Assembly: GCF_965221235.1 (NCBI RefSeq)
Contig: NZ_CBDCRS010000005.1
Span: 48,076 to 112,075, forward strand
From: Ruegeria sp.
GTDB lineage: Bacteria > Pseudomonadota > Alphaproteobacteria > Rhodobacterales > Rhodobacteraceae
Reading direction: 5' to 3'
Length of the DNA: 64,000 bases
A program made the translations under genes and the position numbers. Of this stretch, positions 18,488 through 29,794 are shown piece after piece (position 1 is the first letter of the stretch; each line of letters starts with the position of its first letter). The notes under the pieces were generated by a model that ran no database searches, was not told the DNA's origin, and was given only the letters and a program-made list of their open reading frames with translations.

Positions 18488-19744
18488 TCATTTATTTTGC
18501 TCAATCAGTTTTTGGTAGAGGCTGATGTAAGATTTGCAAACGTCATTGTAATCATGCCCGTTTACGGCTGCTTTGCGACAAGCGACCCGCGTGGTTGACA
18601 ACTTTTCTGGTGACAGGTTGCGTAGGTAGCGCGCAACAGGCTCGATGTCGCCGTTGGACAGCACACCGGTAACGCCGTTCTCTACCAGCTCTGGAATGCC
18701 GCCACTTGCGAAGCCAGCAATTGGTGTACCCGACGCGAGACATTCGAGAACAATCAGCGGACAGTTTTCTTCCTTTGAAAAGACGAAAGTAGCATCGCAC
18801 AAGCTGTACAACTCCGCGCGGGTTTCATCATCTTTGACGAAACCAGCATGCACAATGTTCAAACCCTCAAATAGATCTGCCGCGAGAGAAGAATAGCGCC
18901 CGACCAACACAATCGTTGGGTTCTTGTCTTTCAGCTGGTTGGCAATTTCGGCGACGGTTTTTGGCCCTTTGCGGCTATCTCCGAGATGGCTCGCGGAGAA
19001 CAAATAAACAGGGCGTCCATCATCGGGAATGCCATGTTTGGCACGTAATTCCGTTACTGCACGTGGGCGAAATATTTCCAGATCGACACCGTTCGTGATG
19101 AAATGTGCCTTTTCTTCGGGCCAGCCTGCGGACTTATACTGCTCAAGCATCCAATGGCTCGGCGCAGAAAAATGAACGTTGGAGTTTTGTAGTTTCTTAC
19201 GCCTGGTATGCAGCGTCTTCACCCTGTTTTTTCGAGTTTGTAGCGGCCAGTCACCCAAGCGCGGGCAGTATTGGCAGGTAGAATGAAATTGTGTGCAATC
19301 CCCGGGGTATAGGCACCCCGCAGTGAAAGGAGAACAATCATGGAGTGTCCACAAAACCGGAGTTTTCCGAGCGATCCAGCTGACTGTTTCGTGTGACAGA
19401 GTGGTGGACAGATCGTGCATATGGACGATATCAAAATCTTGCCTCAACTTCCGCACCGTTGAAGACAACAACTCGAAAGCATTGTGGTCGCGATAGCCGC
19501 GTTTTCCTTCGATTTTCTTCAATCTACGGATGAGGCTTCCGGCATTGCCGTAGAGCGGATGCTCAGCACCGTCTTCAGCATTAAAGTGACTAGCCGAGTA
19601 CCCCCGCTTGGCAAGATGCCTCGTTATCTCAGCTGCAACGGCGCTTGCTCCTCCCCCGCGAACGTCGCTTTTACTGACTAAAGCTACCTTCAATTTTTGA
19701 CCTCCGGTATCAAATTTTGGGGAGTTTCTTTTTTTTCCTGACAA
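18488..19744 (-). CDS. Glycosyltransferase family 4
   Basis: GGASAV, WTLHD, RKG, EENCPLIVLECLASGTP. Confidence 0.85.
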   Translation of the reverse strand: MSGKKRNSPKFDTGGQKLKVALVSKSDVRGGGASAVAAEITRHLAKRGYSASHFNAEDGAEHPLYGNAGSLIRRLKKIEGKRGYRDHNAFELLSSTVRKLRQDFDIVHMHDLSTTLSHETVSWIARKTPVLWTLHDCSPFTAGCLYPGDCTQFHSTCQYCPRLGDWPLQTRKNRVKTLHTRRKKLQNSNVHFSAPSHWMLEQYKSAGWPEEKAHFITNGVDLEIFRPRAVTELRAKHGIPDDGRPVYLFSASHLGDSRKGPKTVAEIANQLKDKNPTIVLVGRYSSLAADLFEGLNIVHAGFVKDDETRAELYSLCDATFVFSKEENCPLIVLECLASGTPIAGFASGGIPELVENGVTGVLSNGDIEPVARYLRNLSPEKLSTTRVACRKAAVNGHDYNDVCKSYISLYQKLIEQNK

Positions 19745-21659
19745 AATTTACACGCATACGGGTAAACCTTCCAAGACTGGCGGAATAAGCCTCTGGCCAT
19801 CTGCTACTTTTGACATTCCTATGATGAGAGTTTTTTTCACCAATCATAGTCAGGCTTTCACCGATGTCATCACCGATGCCTGAGAAGACACGAACCTTGG
19901 CAAAACGCGCAGCGTCCTGCTTAGATGGTTTTTTCAGAAATTCCCAGACATCTTCACCGTTATAAGCTCTGGCAAGGTTTTTGATGTCTTCGTAAGATAG
20001 TTTCTCCATTAAACTCTTGATGGCCTGGATCGCACCTTTTTGAATAAACTGCGCAGTTTCAATTGCGGAGCTTTCTGCGTCGGACAGATCAAAGCTTAAC
20101 CACTTGTAGTTATCCCCGCTCTTCGCCACTGAATAAACGCTGCCGTGATCCGCAGAGAAAAAGAACTCCAAAATGTCGCGAAATCGACCAATCATTTCGG
20201 CTTGGTGTGATTCCATCCCGTTCATACAAGTAAAGGCTTCGTGAGTGTGCCCTCTACGCTCAAGAATATCGATCGCGTCCCAACTCGTGCCCACGTAGAA
20301 ACCCACTAATTCGCTTCGGTCTCCTAGGCAATCCTTGATGGCAGCTTGAAGGCTTCCGCGCCAACCCAGATCTACCAAGCCGGTCTTCCGATCCGGTGGG
20401 AATGCACTCTCATAGTAATCGGCGATAATTTCGCGCTCTTGCTCAAACGAACGCAGGAGAGGGCCGGAGTTTTCGGAAAGGCTTTGAAGGAATTTGCGGC
20501 GGGATCGCCGGTCTAGTTTTTTATCCGGGTCAAAGCCCAAAGTGGACATGTGTTTTTCGATGTGAGCGGAAGTTCTAAGCTTCGCAAAAAAGCCTGAAAT
20601 TGTATCAGAGCTATCCAGAGTAGTGTGCAAGAAATTCTTGATGACCTCCGGCCGTAGTAAAGTGAATGGCAAGGTCGTCATGCGCCTAGAAGCCGCAACG
20701 TATGAAGTGTTCCACCCGTTGGGGTGTAATATGTCAAAGACCTTTTGAACAAACTGCCCATCCCGCGCTAAAAATGCGAGATCCCTGATCTCGTGTTTGC
20801 TAGCATTGTCGGCCAGCCAGAGGCAGAACGCGGTGGCGAATGGTGCCAGGACGGTTGCGCCAATCATTTCAAAATAGCGCTCGTCACTGAAATCACTGAT
20901 TTCTGCGCTTTCCCGGCTGTAGCACTCCGCTTCCAAATATTGTGCCGAAAATGCCTGCGAAAGAGGGTGACTGCCAAAAAAGGCAAACGTGTTGTTCCTT
21001 GGTTTTTTTACCTTTGACATCAATGAGTTGCTGGGCGTGACGCGGTAGGTTGTAAGGCCCCGCATTTCAGCCATGCGGATGTCTGGATACCAGTTATCCC
21101 CAATATGCATAATCTCCGATGGGTCAGTCTGGAAGTGATCGATTACAAGATCATAAGCACTGCCGTGATGTTTTGACTTTTGCGTTGCGCTTGACAGGAA
21201 CAGTTTTTCATATCCAGTTACGCCTACATTCTTGAGAATGTCTTCGATTACGCTCTGTGGTAAGTACATGTCCGAAGTCACTACAAAGCGTCCCCCGGTC
21301 GTTTTCATATGCTCGAGGAATTCCTGCCCAAAAACTGAGAGTTTGATAGCTCGCATTTCAGCAGCAATTTCTTTCTGAATCAAAATGTTTGTTTCTTCTG
21401 CAGAGCATCGACAAAGCAAGCGAAAACACTCGTAAATCTCACTCAAGGAGGTTTCTTCTCGCCCATCTGAAGACGCACCATGTCGAGCAAGTGCTTCTGC
21501 TTGCACTCTGTAGTCTCGGAACGCTTTGGTGGTTTTCTTTACGTCGGGATCATATTCCATCCCTTCAAATACATCGATTGGTGTTTTGGCGAGGCGGAAG
21601 ACAAGCGTATCAAATACGTCAACTGAATAGAGCTTGATATTGGAGTTTGCCGAAAACAC
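19710..21659 (-). CDS. HAD-phosphatase plus PRTase-like protein, candidate ribofuranosyltransferase
   Basis: SVDVFDTL, TSDMYL, HIGDN (HAD); FLARDG and LVDLGWRGSLQ in the C-terminal half. Confidence 0.65.
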   Translation of the reverse strand: MFSANSNIKLYSVDVFDTLVFRLAKTPIDVFEGMEYDPDVKKTTKAFRDYRVQAEALARHGASSDGREETSLSEIYECFRLLCRCSAEETNILIQKEIAAEMRAIKLSVFGQEFLEHMKTTGGRFVVTSDMYLPQSVIEDILKNVGVTGYEKLFLSSATQKSKHHGSAYDLVIDHFQTDPSEIMHIGDNWYPDIRMAEMRGLTTYRVTPSNSLMSKVKKPRNNTFAFFGSHPLSQAFSAQYLEAECYSRESAEISDFSDERYFEMIGATVLAPFATAFCLWLADNASKHEIRDLAFLARDGQFVQKVFDILHPNGWNTSYVAASRRMTTLPFTLLRPEVIKNFLHTTLDSSDTISGFFAKLRTSAHIEKHMSTLGFDPDKKLDRRSRRKFLQSLSENSGPLLRSFEQEREIIADYYESAFPPDRKTGLVDLGWRGSLQAAIKDCLGDRSELVGFYVGTSWDAIDILERRGHTHEAFTCMNGMESHQAEMIGRFRDILEFFFSADHGSVYSVAKSGDNYKWLSFDLSDAESSAIETAQFIQKGAIQAIKSLMEKLSYEDIKNLARAYNGEDVWEFLKKPSKQDAARFAKVRVFSGIGDDIGESLTMIGEKNSHHRNVKSSRWPEAYSASLGRFTRMRVNFVRKKKKLPKI

Positions 21660-22583
21660 AGATGCGAGCCTATTTTATAAGTGCTTGGTTTACGGTTGCA
21701 TATCGCATGAAAGATGAAGGGAGCCAACTCGAATCTGTTGGTTTGCGTCGCAACGTGTCGTCTGTCGTTTTTGGAGTTTATACATTTCGACATAGGCGCC
21801 TAAAGTACGCCTTTGGCTGTCCTGTCTGAATACTTCGCCGCAAGCCCAAAAAAAAGAAACAGCCGCGCATATCTCGAAATGAAAAATAGCAGGGCAATTC
21901 GGATGTCTCGTTGGTTTGCTGCGAGCAGATGGGCGGATACTTGCTCATCTTTTAGGCAAAGACCGTAACGCGCGCAATTGGCAATGACCTGCCCCGGTGC
22001 CTCCCTGAATCATGGAAACGACCCACGGGTTTAGGATTTACTCTATTAATCATCAGTTTGTTTAAGCGCGCAGCGCATTTATCCTTCAATGCGCCAAAGC
22101 GTCCGATGGTTCTCCACGGTCGGATGTGTAGAATCTCTCAGGTAGAGGTACGGAGCCAGTGTTTGTGACATGGGCTCACCTGTTTAAGGCGCTTCAGATG
22201 CGCAACCTTTTGCGACCTCTTGTGGCTCCATTGGCTTCCAGCTCGGCATTCACTCGAAGATTGTTGCGAACATCCTTGTTCGCCTAGAATGTCTGTCCGA
22301 TGGCGTGAGAGTTCTCTTAATTTAGCGGTTTCGTTACCGCCATATTGGCCACGTCACAGTTAGGAGCTCTGCTCGACCGTTTGGTCCTTTCGGACCGTTT
22401 CGCAATCCGCTGAAACTTAGCGAAATTGTATTGGATATTTTGCTTGCACCCCACTGTGAAGTTCCTATCTTTCTAAGCTAAACGACGCGTCTATACCATG
22501 AAGCATTTGGCAACAACGCGGTGTGCGTCTGCGCAAGATGCCAATGGGACTCGCGTTTCAGATACCGCTTTCAAACCCAAAGC

Positions 22584-23741
<1,158 letters not shown>

Positions 23742-24632
23742 TCAGAGCCCATCCTGCCTGAGGGCAATCGTCGTCATATCCAGCGGTTTGATCAATTGAC
23801 GTCGGGCGATCTTGAATATCCCGGACCGGGCTTCGCTGGCACTGCGGAAATTAGCCAGAACCGACAGCCAGGCGCGGCACATCCGCCAACCGACAGGAAT
23901 ACGGCCCGATATCGGTTGCCCGCCCTGCACGACGGCAGCAAAAACAATGGGCACGGTGCGACGGGACAGATCGAACATCTGTTTCAGAACCGCTTCTTCC
24001 TCTTCGGAACTGAGGTTGTCGGACTCCGCCATGGCAACTTTCAGGTTCTTTCCGATCGGCCGTGTATGGTGCATCGCGATCTGGTCCAGAATGGCGGTTC
24101 TAAAGGCTCCGGCCTCGGCCCAGCGACACCAGATATAGTCCAGCCCATAGCCGCTCATCGTGCCTTGGAACAGTGGCAGCGCTTTTTTCAGGACATCCAG
24201 ATGCAGACACGGAGCCATGATTTCGATGTAATTCGTATACCGGAGTTCAAATCCCGGGCATTGGCTGAACACGAAATGTGAAAAATAGCTTTCGGGGCTG
24301 AGCGAAGGTTGGGCAATGCGCAACCCGTAGAATTCCATGCTGTCAAACAGGGAATTCACATCTTCCGCACTGATATCCAGATCATCGTCGGGCAGCCAAT
24401 AATAGTCATATTGATCCAGATCCCGGTCCATAAGTGTTTTGTAAAGACCATCCCACTTGCCACCTTTGACCAGTACGGCCTCGACCCCCGGTTCCGGCAC
24501 AAACTGCTCGAAAGCCTCGTCCGAAAAGAAGCTGATCAGCAGATCGTATCTGCGCTGTTCATAGGGAATGTCCTGCCACCGATGGTGCAATGACTTGCTG
24601 CCCGCTCGGACAACCACAAGATTTCTCTTCAT
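23742..24632 (-). CDS. DUF707-like putative glycosyltransferase
   Basis: VVRAG..SLH, LPDDDL, QPSL, FVE-type YIEIMAP; likely start MKRNL overlapping the GT25 stop. Confidence 0.55.
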   Translation of the reverse strand: MKRNLVVVRAGSKSLHHRWQDIPYEQRRYDLLISFFSDEAFEQFVPEPGVEAVLVKGGKWDGLYKTLMDRDLDQYDYYWLPDDDLDISAEDVNSLFDSMEFYGLRIAQPSLSPESYFSHFVFSQCPGFELRYTNYIEIMAPCLHLDVLKKALPLFQGTMSGYGLDYIWCRWAEAGAFRTAILDQIAMHHTRPIGKNLKVAMAESDNLSSEEEEAVLKQMFDLSRRTVPIVFAAVVQGGQPISGRIPVGWRMCRAWLSVLANFRSASEARSGIFKIARRQLIKPLDMTTIALRQDGL

Positions 24633-25429
24633 ATACGGTTCCTGGCCTGACCATCGGCCCGCAACAAGGGCCCCAGCCCTTCGATCATGTTTGGGTTCAG
24701 AGGATGGCTGAGCCGTCCATGCGTATATTTGGCCTGATAAACCAGGTTGCGCGCAAACCGGGTCAGGGGCGATCCCCGCTTGGCCCGATTTCGGCAAGGC
24801 TCGATTGTGCTGTCGACCTCATCGCGTTCGGCAACCATCTTCGCGCCCAAGGTCAGGATGGGTACGTTGTGTTCCCAGTAGAATTTCAGGTCGATATCAA
24901 TCGGACGCGCAATCGGTTTGGTCGCCTCCAGCAGGCGCGCGGCAGCGCGGCGGCCGATGATATAACCGGTTGTTCTGGGCGGCAGATGATCGGACAGAAT
25001 AAGGTCCTGATCGGCCATGGATGCGATGACCTGACCTGTGTTTCTTGAAACACCGTCCAGCTTGATCATGACGTCTTCAAAACACTCACCACATTGAAAG
25101 AGTTCGTCAAAAAACGGTCTGGGATCCTGAACGAATGTGGCATCATCTTCCAAAACAAGGCTGATGGGGTCCGGAGAATTCGCGATTTCCTGCCACATCT
25201 GCCGATGCCCCAATGTGCAGGCAACTTCGTTGCGGCTGAGGGGGCGTTTGAACTTTGACCGGTTCATATCCGCGTCGTAGAGATCGCCCAACCCGGACTT
25301 GTCCAGCTGGTCGCCCGGGATTGCATCGAAAAACCTGTGGTGCAGGCCGAGACGCTCAAGCTCTTTCTCGCAGAAACGGCGCCGCTCTACGTCTTTTGGC
25401 AAACTCAGAATGACCGTCTTTATCGACAC
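24629..25429 (-). CDS. Glycosyltransferase family 25
   Basis: SLPKDVERR, FFDAI.G, EVACTLGH..W, LEDD. Confidence 0.85.
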   Translation of the reverse strand: MSIKTVILSLPKDVERRRFCEKELERLGLHHRFFDAIPGDQLDKSGLGDLYDADMNRSKFKRPLSRNEVACTLGHRQMWQEIANSPDPISLVLEDDATFVQDPRPFFDELFQCGECFEDVMIKLDGVSRNTGQVIASMADQDLILSDHLPPRTTGYIIGRRAAARLLEATKPIARPIDIDLKFYWEHNVPILTLGAKMVAERDEVDSTIEPCRNRAKRGSPLTRFARNLVYQAKYTHGRLSHPLNPNMIEGLGPLLRADGQARNRI

Positions 25430-25968
25430 TTATCTATGACCAACAGTTAATTTACGCGTTACTATTCACCGCGATTACCAACCACAAGGGTAAAAGGCCG
25501 CCTCGCGAAACCATGCAGCAGCAGGGTGTTCTATTGGCGAAGAACCGCTCACAATCCACTTATAGTGTCACAATAAGACGATCCGCTCACAGGGGAAACA
25601 GTTTTTACCCCGGTATCAATGCCCCTTTCTGAAAACACGGGGAGAGTTTTTCGGGATTTCCCCCAGTTATCCGATAACGCTGATTCCATTTACCCGAATG
25701 GGTCACTTTCACACCAAGCCATTGAAATTGATACATTTCAATCATGCCACACCTTGCGCTGAGACCTGTTGCTACCTTCAGTCCCCGTCGCCTAGAACAT
25801 ATTCACATTTTATATTTCATATTCCTATACTTGCACAGCCCGGCGTCAGAACTTATCTGGCTGAGGCCCTGAACAGATGTTGAAATGGGCAACACTGTCG
25901 CGTCGCTTGATCTGCCCTTTAGACAGGAACGATAATAGGCTATCTGAGCGAGCGCATGGTTTCACGAT

Positions 25969-27759
25969 TTGGAGAATGCAATGATTAAGCGCGCCTGGAC
26001 TGAATGGCGATCCGGCTATATGGGCCGCCTTCTCAGCGAGAGCTTTTTTTCTCTGGGCCATCTCTATGCTATTGCCATCGTTGCCATGATCGCTGTTGCG
26101 GCGACCACCGCTGGCTCTGCCTTTATGATGGAATACATCGTCGATGCCATGACCAGCCCTGACATGAGGGACTGGGCCGTCTTCATCGCTTTGGGCGTGA
26201 TACTCCTGTTTTTGACCAAGGCCCTCGCCTCTTACGTGCAGGCCATCTACCTGGCCCGTGCGGGTAACCGCATCGTCGCTACACAACAGGACCGTGTTTA
26301 CCGCAAGCTGCTGCGTCACGGTGTGTCATTCTTTTCCCAGAATGAATCCTCGGACCTGCTGATGCGCACCACAAATGGTGCGCAGGCAGCGCGCAGGCTG
26401 ATTGATGTCATTGTGACTGGGTTTGTCCGCGATGCTCTGACGCTGGTGGGCCTTGTGATTGTCATGGTCTATCAGCAACCCGTGCTGTCAGTAATGTTCT
26501 TTGTTGTCGGGCCAGTGGCTCTGCTGGGCGTGCGGTATCTGCTGAAAAGCGTTCGCGCTATCATGCAGGCAGAGTTCAAGTCGCTGGCCGAAATCATCCG
26601 AGTCCTGCAAGAAACATCCGCGGGTATCAAGGTGATCAAAGTGTTCTCGCTTGAAGACCGGATGATCAACCGAATGGAAACCGCGATCCACAAGGTTGAA
26701 GAGCGGGCGAACGAAATTGCCCGTCTGCAATCCATCGCCAGCCCGTTGATGGAATTTTTGGCTGGTCTTGCTGTGGCCGGTGTTTTGATTGTCAGCACTC
26801 TTGGGATCGCAGGAACCGAGCAACCCACTGCCGGTCAGTTGATGTCCTTTATCACCGCGCTGCTGATGGCGTATGAGCCCGCCAAACGCCTGTCGAAAAT
26901 GCGCGTTCAGATCGAGGCTGCAATGGTCGGCGTGGGCTTGCTGTTTGGCCTGCTGGACCAAAAGGACACGATGCAGGAAGACCCCGAGGCCCGCGACTTG
27001 CTTGACGGCCCAGGCGAGATTGCACTGCGCAATGTCACCTTTGGCTACAACGGTTCTGTGTCGGTCATTGAGGACATGAATGTGACCTTTGAAGCCGGGA
27101 AAACAACCGCTCTGGTTGGCCAGTCCGGAGGCGGCAAGTCGACGATCTTTGGCCTGATCATGCGGTTCTATGACCCCGACTCAGGTAGTGTGGAAATAGA
27201 TGGTCAAAACCTTCAAGAGGCCAGCTTTTCGTCGCTCCGGCGCAAAATCTCTTATGTGGGTCAGGACACATTCCTATTTTCGGCCAGTGTGAAAGAGAAC
27301 CTACGCTGTTCGGCACCGGACGCAACGGATGAAGAAATCATCGCCGCCGCCAAGGCAGCGCATGCACATGAATTCATCTGCGATCTGCCCAATGGCTATA
27401 ACACTAATGTCGGCGAAAACGGCGCGTTCCTGTCCGGCGGCCAAAAGCAACGTATCGCCATCGCCCGCGCAATTCTGCGCAATGCCGAGATTTTGCTGTT
27501 GGACGAAGCAACCAGCGCTCTGGATGCGGAATCCGAGGCTCTGGTGAAATCGGCTTTGGATGCGCTGACCAAGGATATGACAACAATCGTGATCGCGCAC
27601 CGTCTGTCCACGATCCTTGAGGCCGACAAGATCATGGTCGTGCAGGATGGCAGCGTTGTCGAACAGGGCAATCTGGATGAGCTGATGGAGATGAACGGCC
27701 AATTCCGCCACCTGTTCGACCAGCAGTTCAAAAAACGCGAAACTGAAACCGCCGAGTAA
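25969..27759 (+). CDS. MsbA-like ABC exporter (permease plus ATPase)
   Basis: TM domain then GQSGGGKST, LSGGQKQRIA, LLDEATSALD, IAHRLST; start may be ATG 25981. Confidence 0.88.
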   Translation: MENAMIKRAWTEWRSGYMGRLLSESFFSLGHLYAIAIVAMIAVAATTAGSAFMMEYIVDAMTSPDMRDWAVFIALGVILLFLTKALASYVQAIYLARAGNRIVATQQDRVYRKLLRHGVSFFSQNESSDLLMRTTNGAQAARRLIDVIVTGFVRDALTLVGLVIVMVYQQPVLSVMFFVVGPVALLGVRYLLKSVRAIMQAEFKSLAEIIRVLQETSAGIKVIKVFSLEDRMINRMETAIHKVEERANEIARLQSIASPLMEFLAGLAVAGVLIVSTLGIAGTEQPTAGQLMSFITALLMAYEPAKRLSKMRVQIEAAMVGVGLLFGLLDQKDTMQEDPEARDLLDGPGEIALRNVTFGYNGSVSVIEDMNVTFEAGKTTALVGQSGGGKSTIFGLIMRFYDPDSGSVEIDGQNLQEASFSSLRRKISYVGQDTFLFSASVKENLRCSAPDATDEEIIAAAKAAHAHEFICDLPNGYNTNVGENGAFLSGGQKQRIAIARAILRNAEILLLDEATSALDAESEALVKSALDALTKDMTTIVIAHRLSTILEADKIMVVQDGSVVEQGNLDELMEMNGQFRHLFDQQFKKRETETAE

Positions 27760-28285
27760 ATCGGCAGACACGGGGCGCGCGGACAGCGTCAAACAAGCCA
27801 AACCGGGGCAGCGTAGCAGCGTACATGGGCAAGCGGCAATATCAGGTTGTGTTGGACTATATCAAATCGCGCCTCACAGGGCCGGACCTGATCTCTCTGA
27901 GTGAGCCGATTTTGATTTGTCTGGCATTTAATTGAAATTTCGATCTCCACACCGATGTGATGCCGTTGTCTGCGACACATCCGGCTGAAATCCATGTGCT
28001 TTAAGTGGTCGTTATTAGTGTGAGAAGACCAGCCACAAAACCACTGAAAATTTCTGTGCTGAAAGTACTCTTGAGAAACGCGATTTTTGTCGCGTCTGAT
28101 GAGCGACAACCAAGTTGACCGGCACCGACAGCCAAGTTGGCCGGTGGCTTGAACCGGAATGAGGGCGGAGCCCGATTGGAGGTTTGAGCCACCGGATCGG
28201 CCCTTTTGGGAGGGGTACGGGGTAGGTGCTGGCCGCTGTGGCCCGGTAGGTTGGAGACCTCTGAACGTGAATACGGAGGTTCCGA

Positions 28286-29794
28286 ATGCCGGGGAAACCC
28301 GTCACCGACCAGCAAATGAGATTGTACATGTCCGACCGACCCTTTCATAACCAACGTGTTGCCGCAGCCCGTGCCGGTTTCAGCGAACGCACCGGGCGCA
28401 GGATTGAAGCAAACCCGGTACTGCCTTCGCAGCGCAAACCAGTCCGTGGTCGCACCGTCCCTGATCCTTTGGAGGCTGTGTGGCAGCCTATCCTGATCCC
28501 GCTCCTCGAACGGGATTCTTCCGTGCAAGCTGTGACGTTGCTCCGTCATTTGCAGATGCTGGATCCTGACGGCTTCCCCGATGATCGGGTCCGGCGGACG
28601 CTGGAACGACGGGTTCGGGAGTGGCGCGCCCTGCATGGCCCCGAGCGCGACGTGATCTTTCGCCAGTCCCCGGAGCCAGGGCGTATGGGACTGTCGGACT
28701 TCACCGATGCGACTGAACTCGGCGTGACAATCGCCGGTCATTTGCTGCTTCATCGGCTTTTCCACTTTGTTCTCGCCTACAGCGGCTGGGAGCATGCCGC
28801 GCCGGTTCTGGGCGGGGAGAGTTTCACGGCACTGGCTGAAAACCTTCAGAATGCGCTCTGGGCACTTGGGGGCGTGCCGCAGGAGAGCAGAACCGACAGC
28901 CTGTCGGCCGCGTATCGCAATCTCGACAAGGATGCGACCAGGGATGTCACCGAACGTTATGAGGCGTTCTGTCGGCACTATGGGATGGTCGCGAGCCGCA
29001 ATAATCCCGGCGAAGCCCATGAGAATGGCGCGATCGAAGCACACAACAATCATCTCAAGGTGGCTTTGGATCAGGCTCTGATCCTGCGGGGATCGCGGGA
29101 CTTTCCCGACATCGATGCCTGGCGCCGGTTTGTCGACGAAGTTGTCGCCCGCCGCAACCGCCGCCGTGAGGACAAGATAAAAGTCGAGTTGCAACACCTC
29201 AAGCCGCTGCCCACGCAGCGCACCACCGACTTCACCGAACTTGTCGTGCGTGTTGTCAGGACCGGAGGTTTCCTGGTCCACAGCGTGTTCTATTCCGTGC
29301 CCTCGCAGTTCATCGGCCAGCGCTTGCGCGTTCACGTCTATGACGACCGGATCGAAGCCTATCTCGGGGCCACGCATGTGGTCTCCCATCCCCGCATGCG
29401 CGGGCGCAAGGACGGTAAACGTATCCATAGCATCAATTACCGGCATGTCATCCATGCCCTGCGTCGCAAGCCTCAGGCTTTGGCAAATTCCGTCTATCGC
29501 GACAATCTCTTCCCCAGGTCCGAATACGCTGAGGCCTGGAACCGCCTCTCCGAGGTTTTGCCCCGCAAAGAGGCTTGCAAACGCATGGTCGATCTGCTCT
29601 GGCTGGCCCATAGCGAGAACTGCGAGGCAGACCTGGCCGCGCTGATCGCCGGGGACTTTGCAAATGGCGCATTGCCAGATGCCAAAACCCTGCGGAAACA
29701 ACTCCTTGGGTCACGCACGGAATTGCCGGAAGACCGAAAGGTCAGACTGACGGATCTGTCCAGCTTCGATCGCTTGCTGGAGGTGCGCACATGA
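28286..29794 (+). CDS. istA: IS21 DDE transposase
   Basis: Same as copy 1 except one Thr/Ala residue. Confidence 0.93.
   Translation: MPGKPVTDQQMRLYMSDRPFHNQRVAAARAGFSERTGRRIEANPVLPSQRKPVRGRTVPDPLEAVWQPILIPLLERDSSVQAVTLLRHLQMLDPDGFPDDRVRRTLERRVREWRALHGPERDVIFRQSPEPGRMGLSDFTDATELGVTIAGHLLLHRLFHFVLAYSGWEHAAPVLGGESFTALAENLQNALWALGGVPQESRTDSLSAAYRNLDKDATRDVTERYEAFCRHYGMVASRNNPGEAHENGAIEAHNNHLKVALDQALILRGSRDFPDIDAWRRFVDEVVARRNRRREDKIKVELQHLKPLPTQRTTDFTELVVRVVRTGGFLVHSVFYSVPSQFIGQRLRVHVYDDRIEAYLGATHVVSHPRMRGRKDGKRIHSINYRHVIHALRRKPQALANSVYRDNLFPRSEYAEAWNRLSEVLPRKEACKRMVDLLWLAHSENCEADLAALIAGDFANGALPDAKTLRKQLLGSRTELPEDRKVRLTDLSSFDRLLEVRT

Noticed and set aside
27789-28109. 106-aa minus-strand ORF as a gene interrupted by IS21 copy 2
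   Set aside because: Start lies inside the IS end; rejoining the empty site gave no recognisable protein in the frames I read
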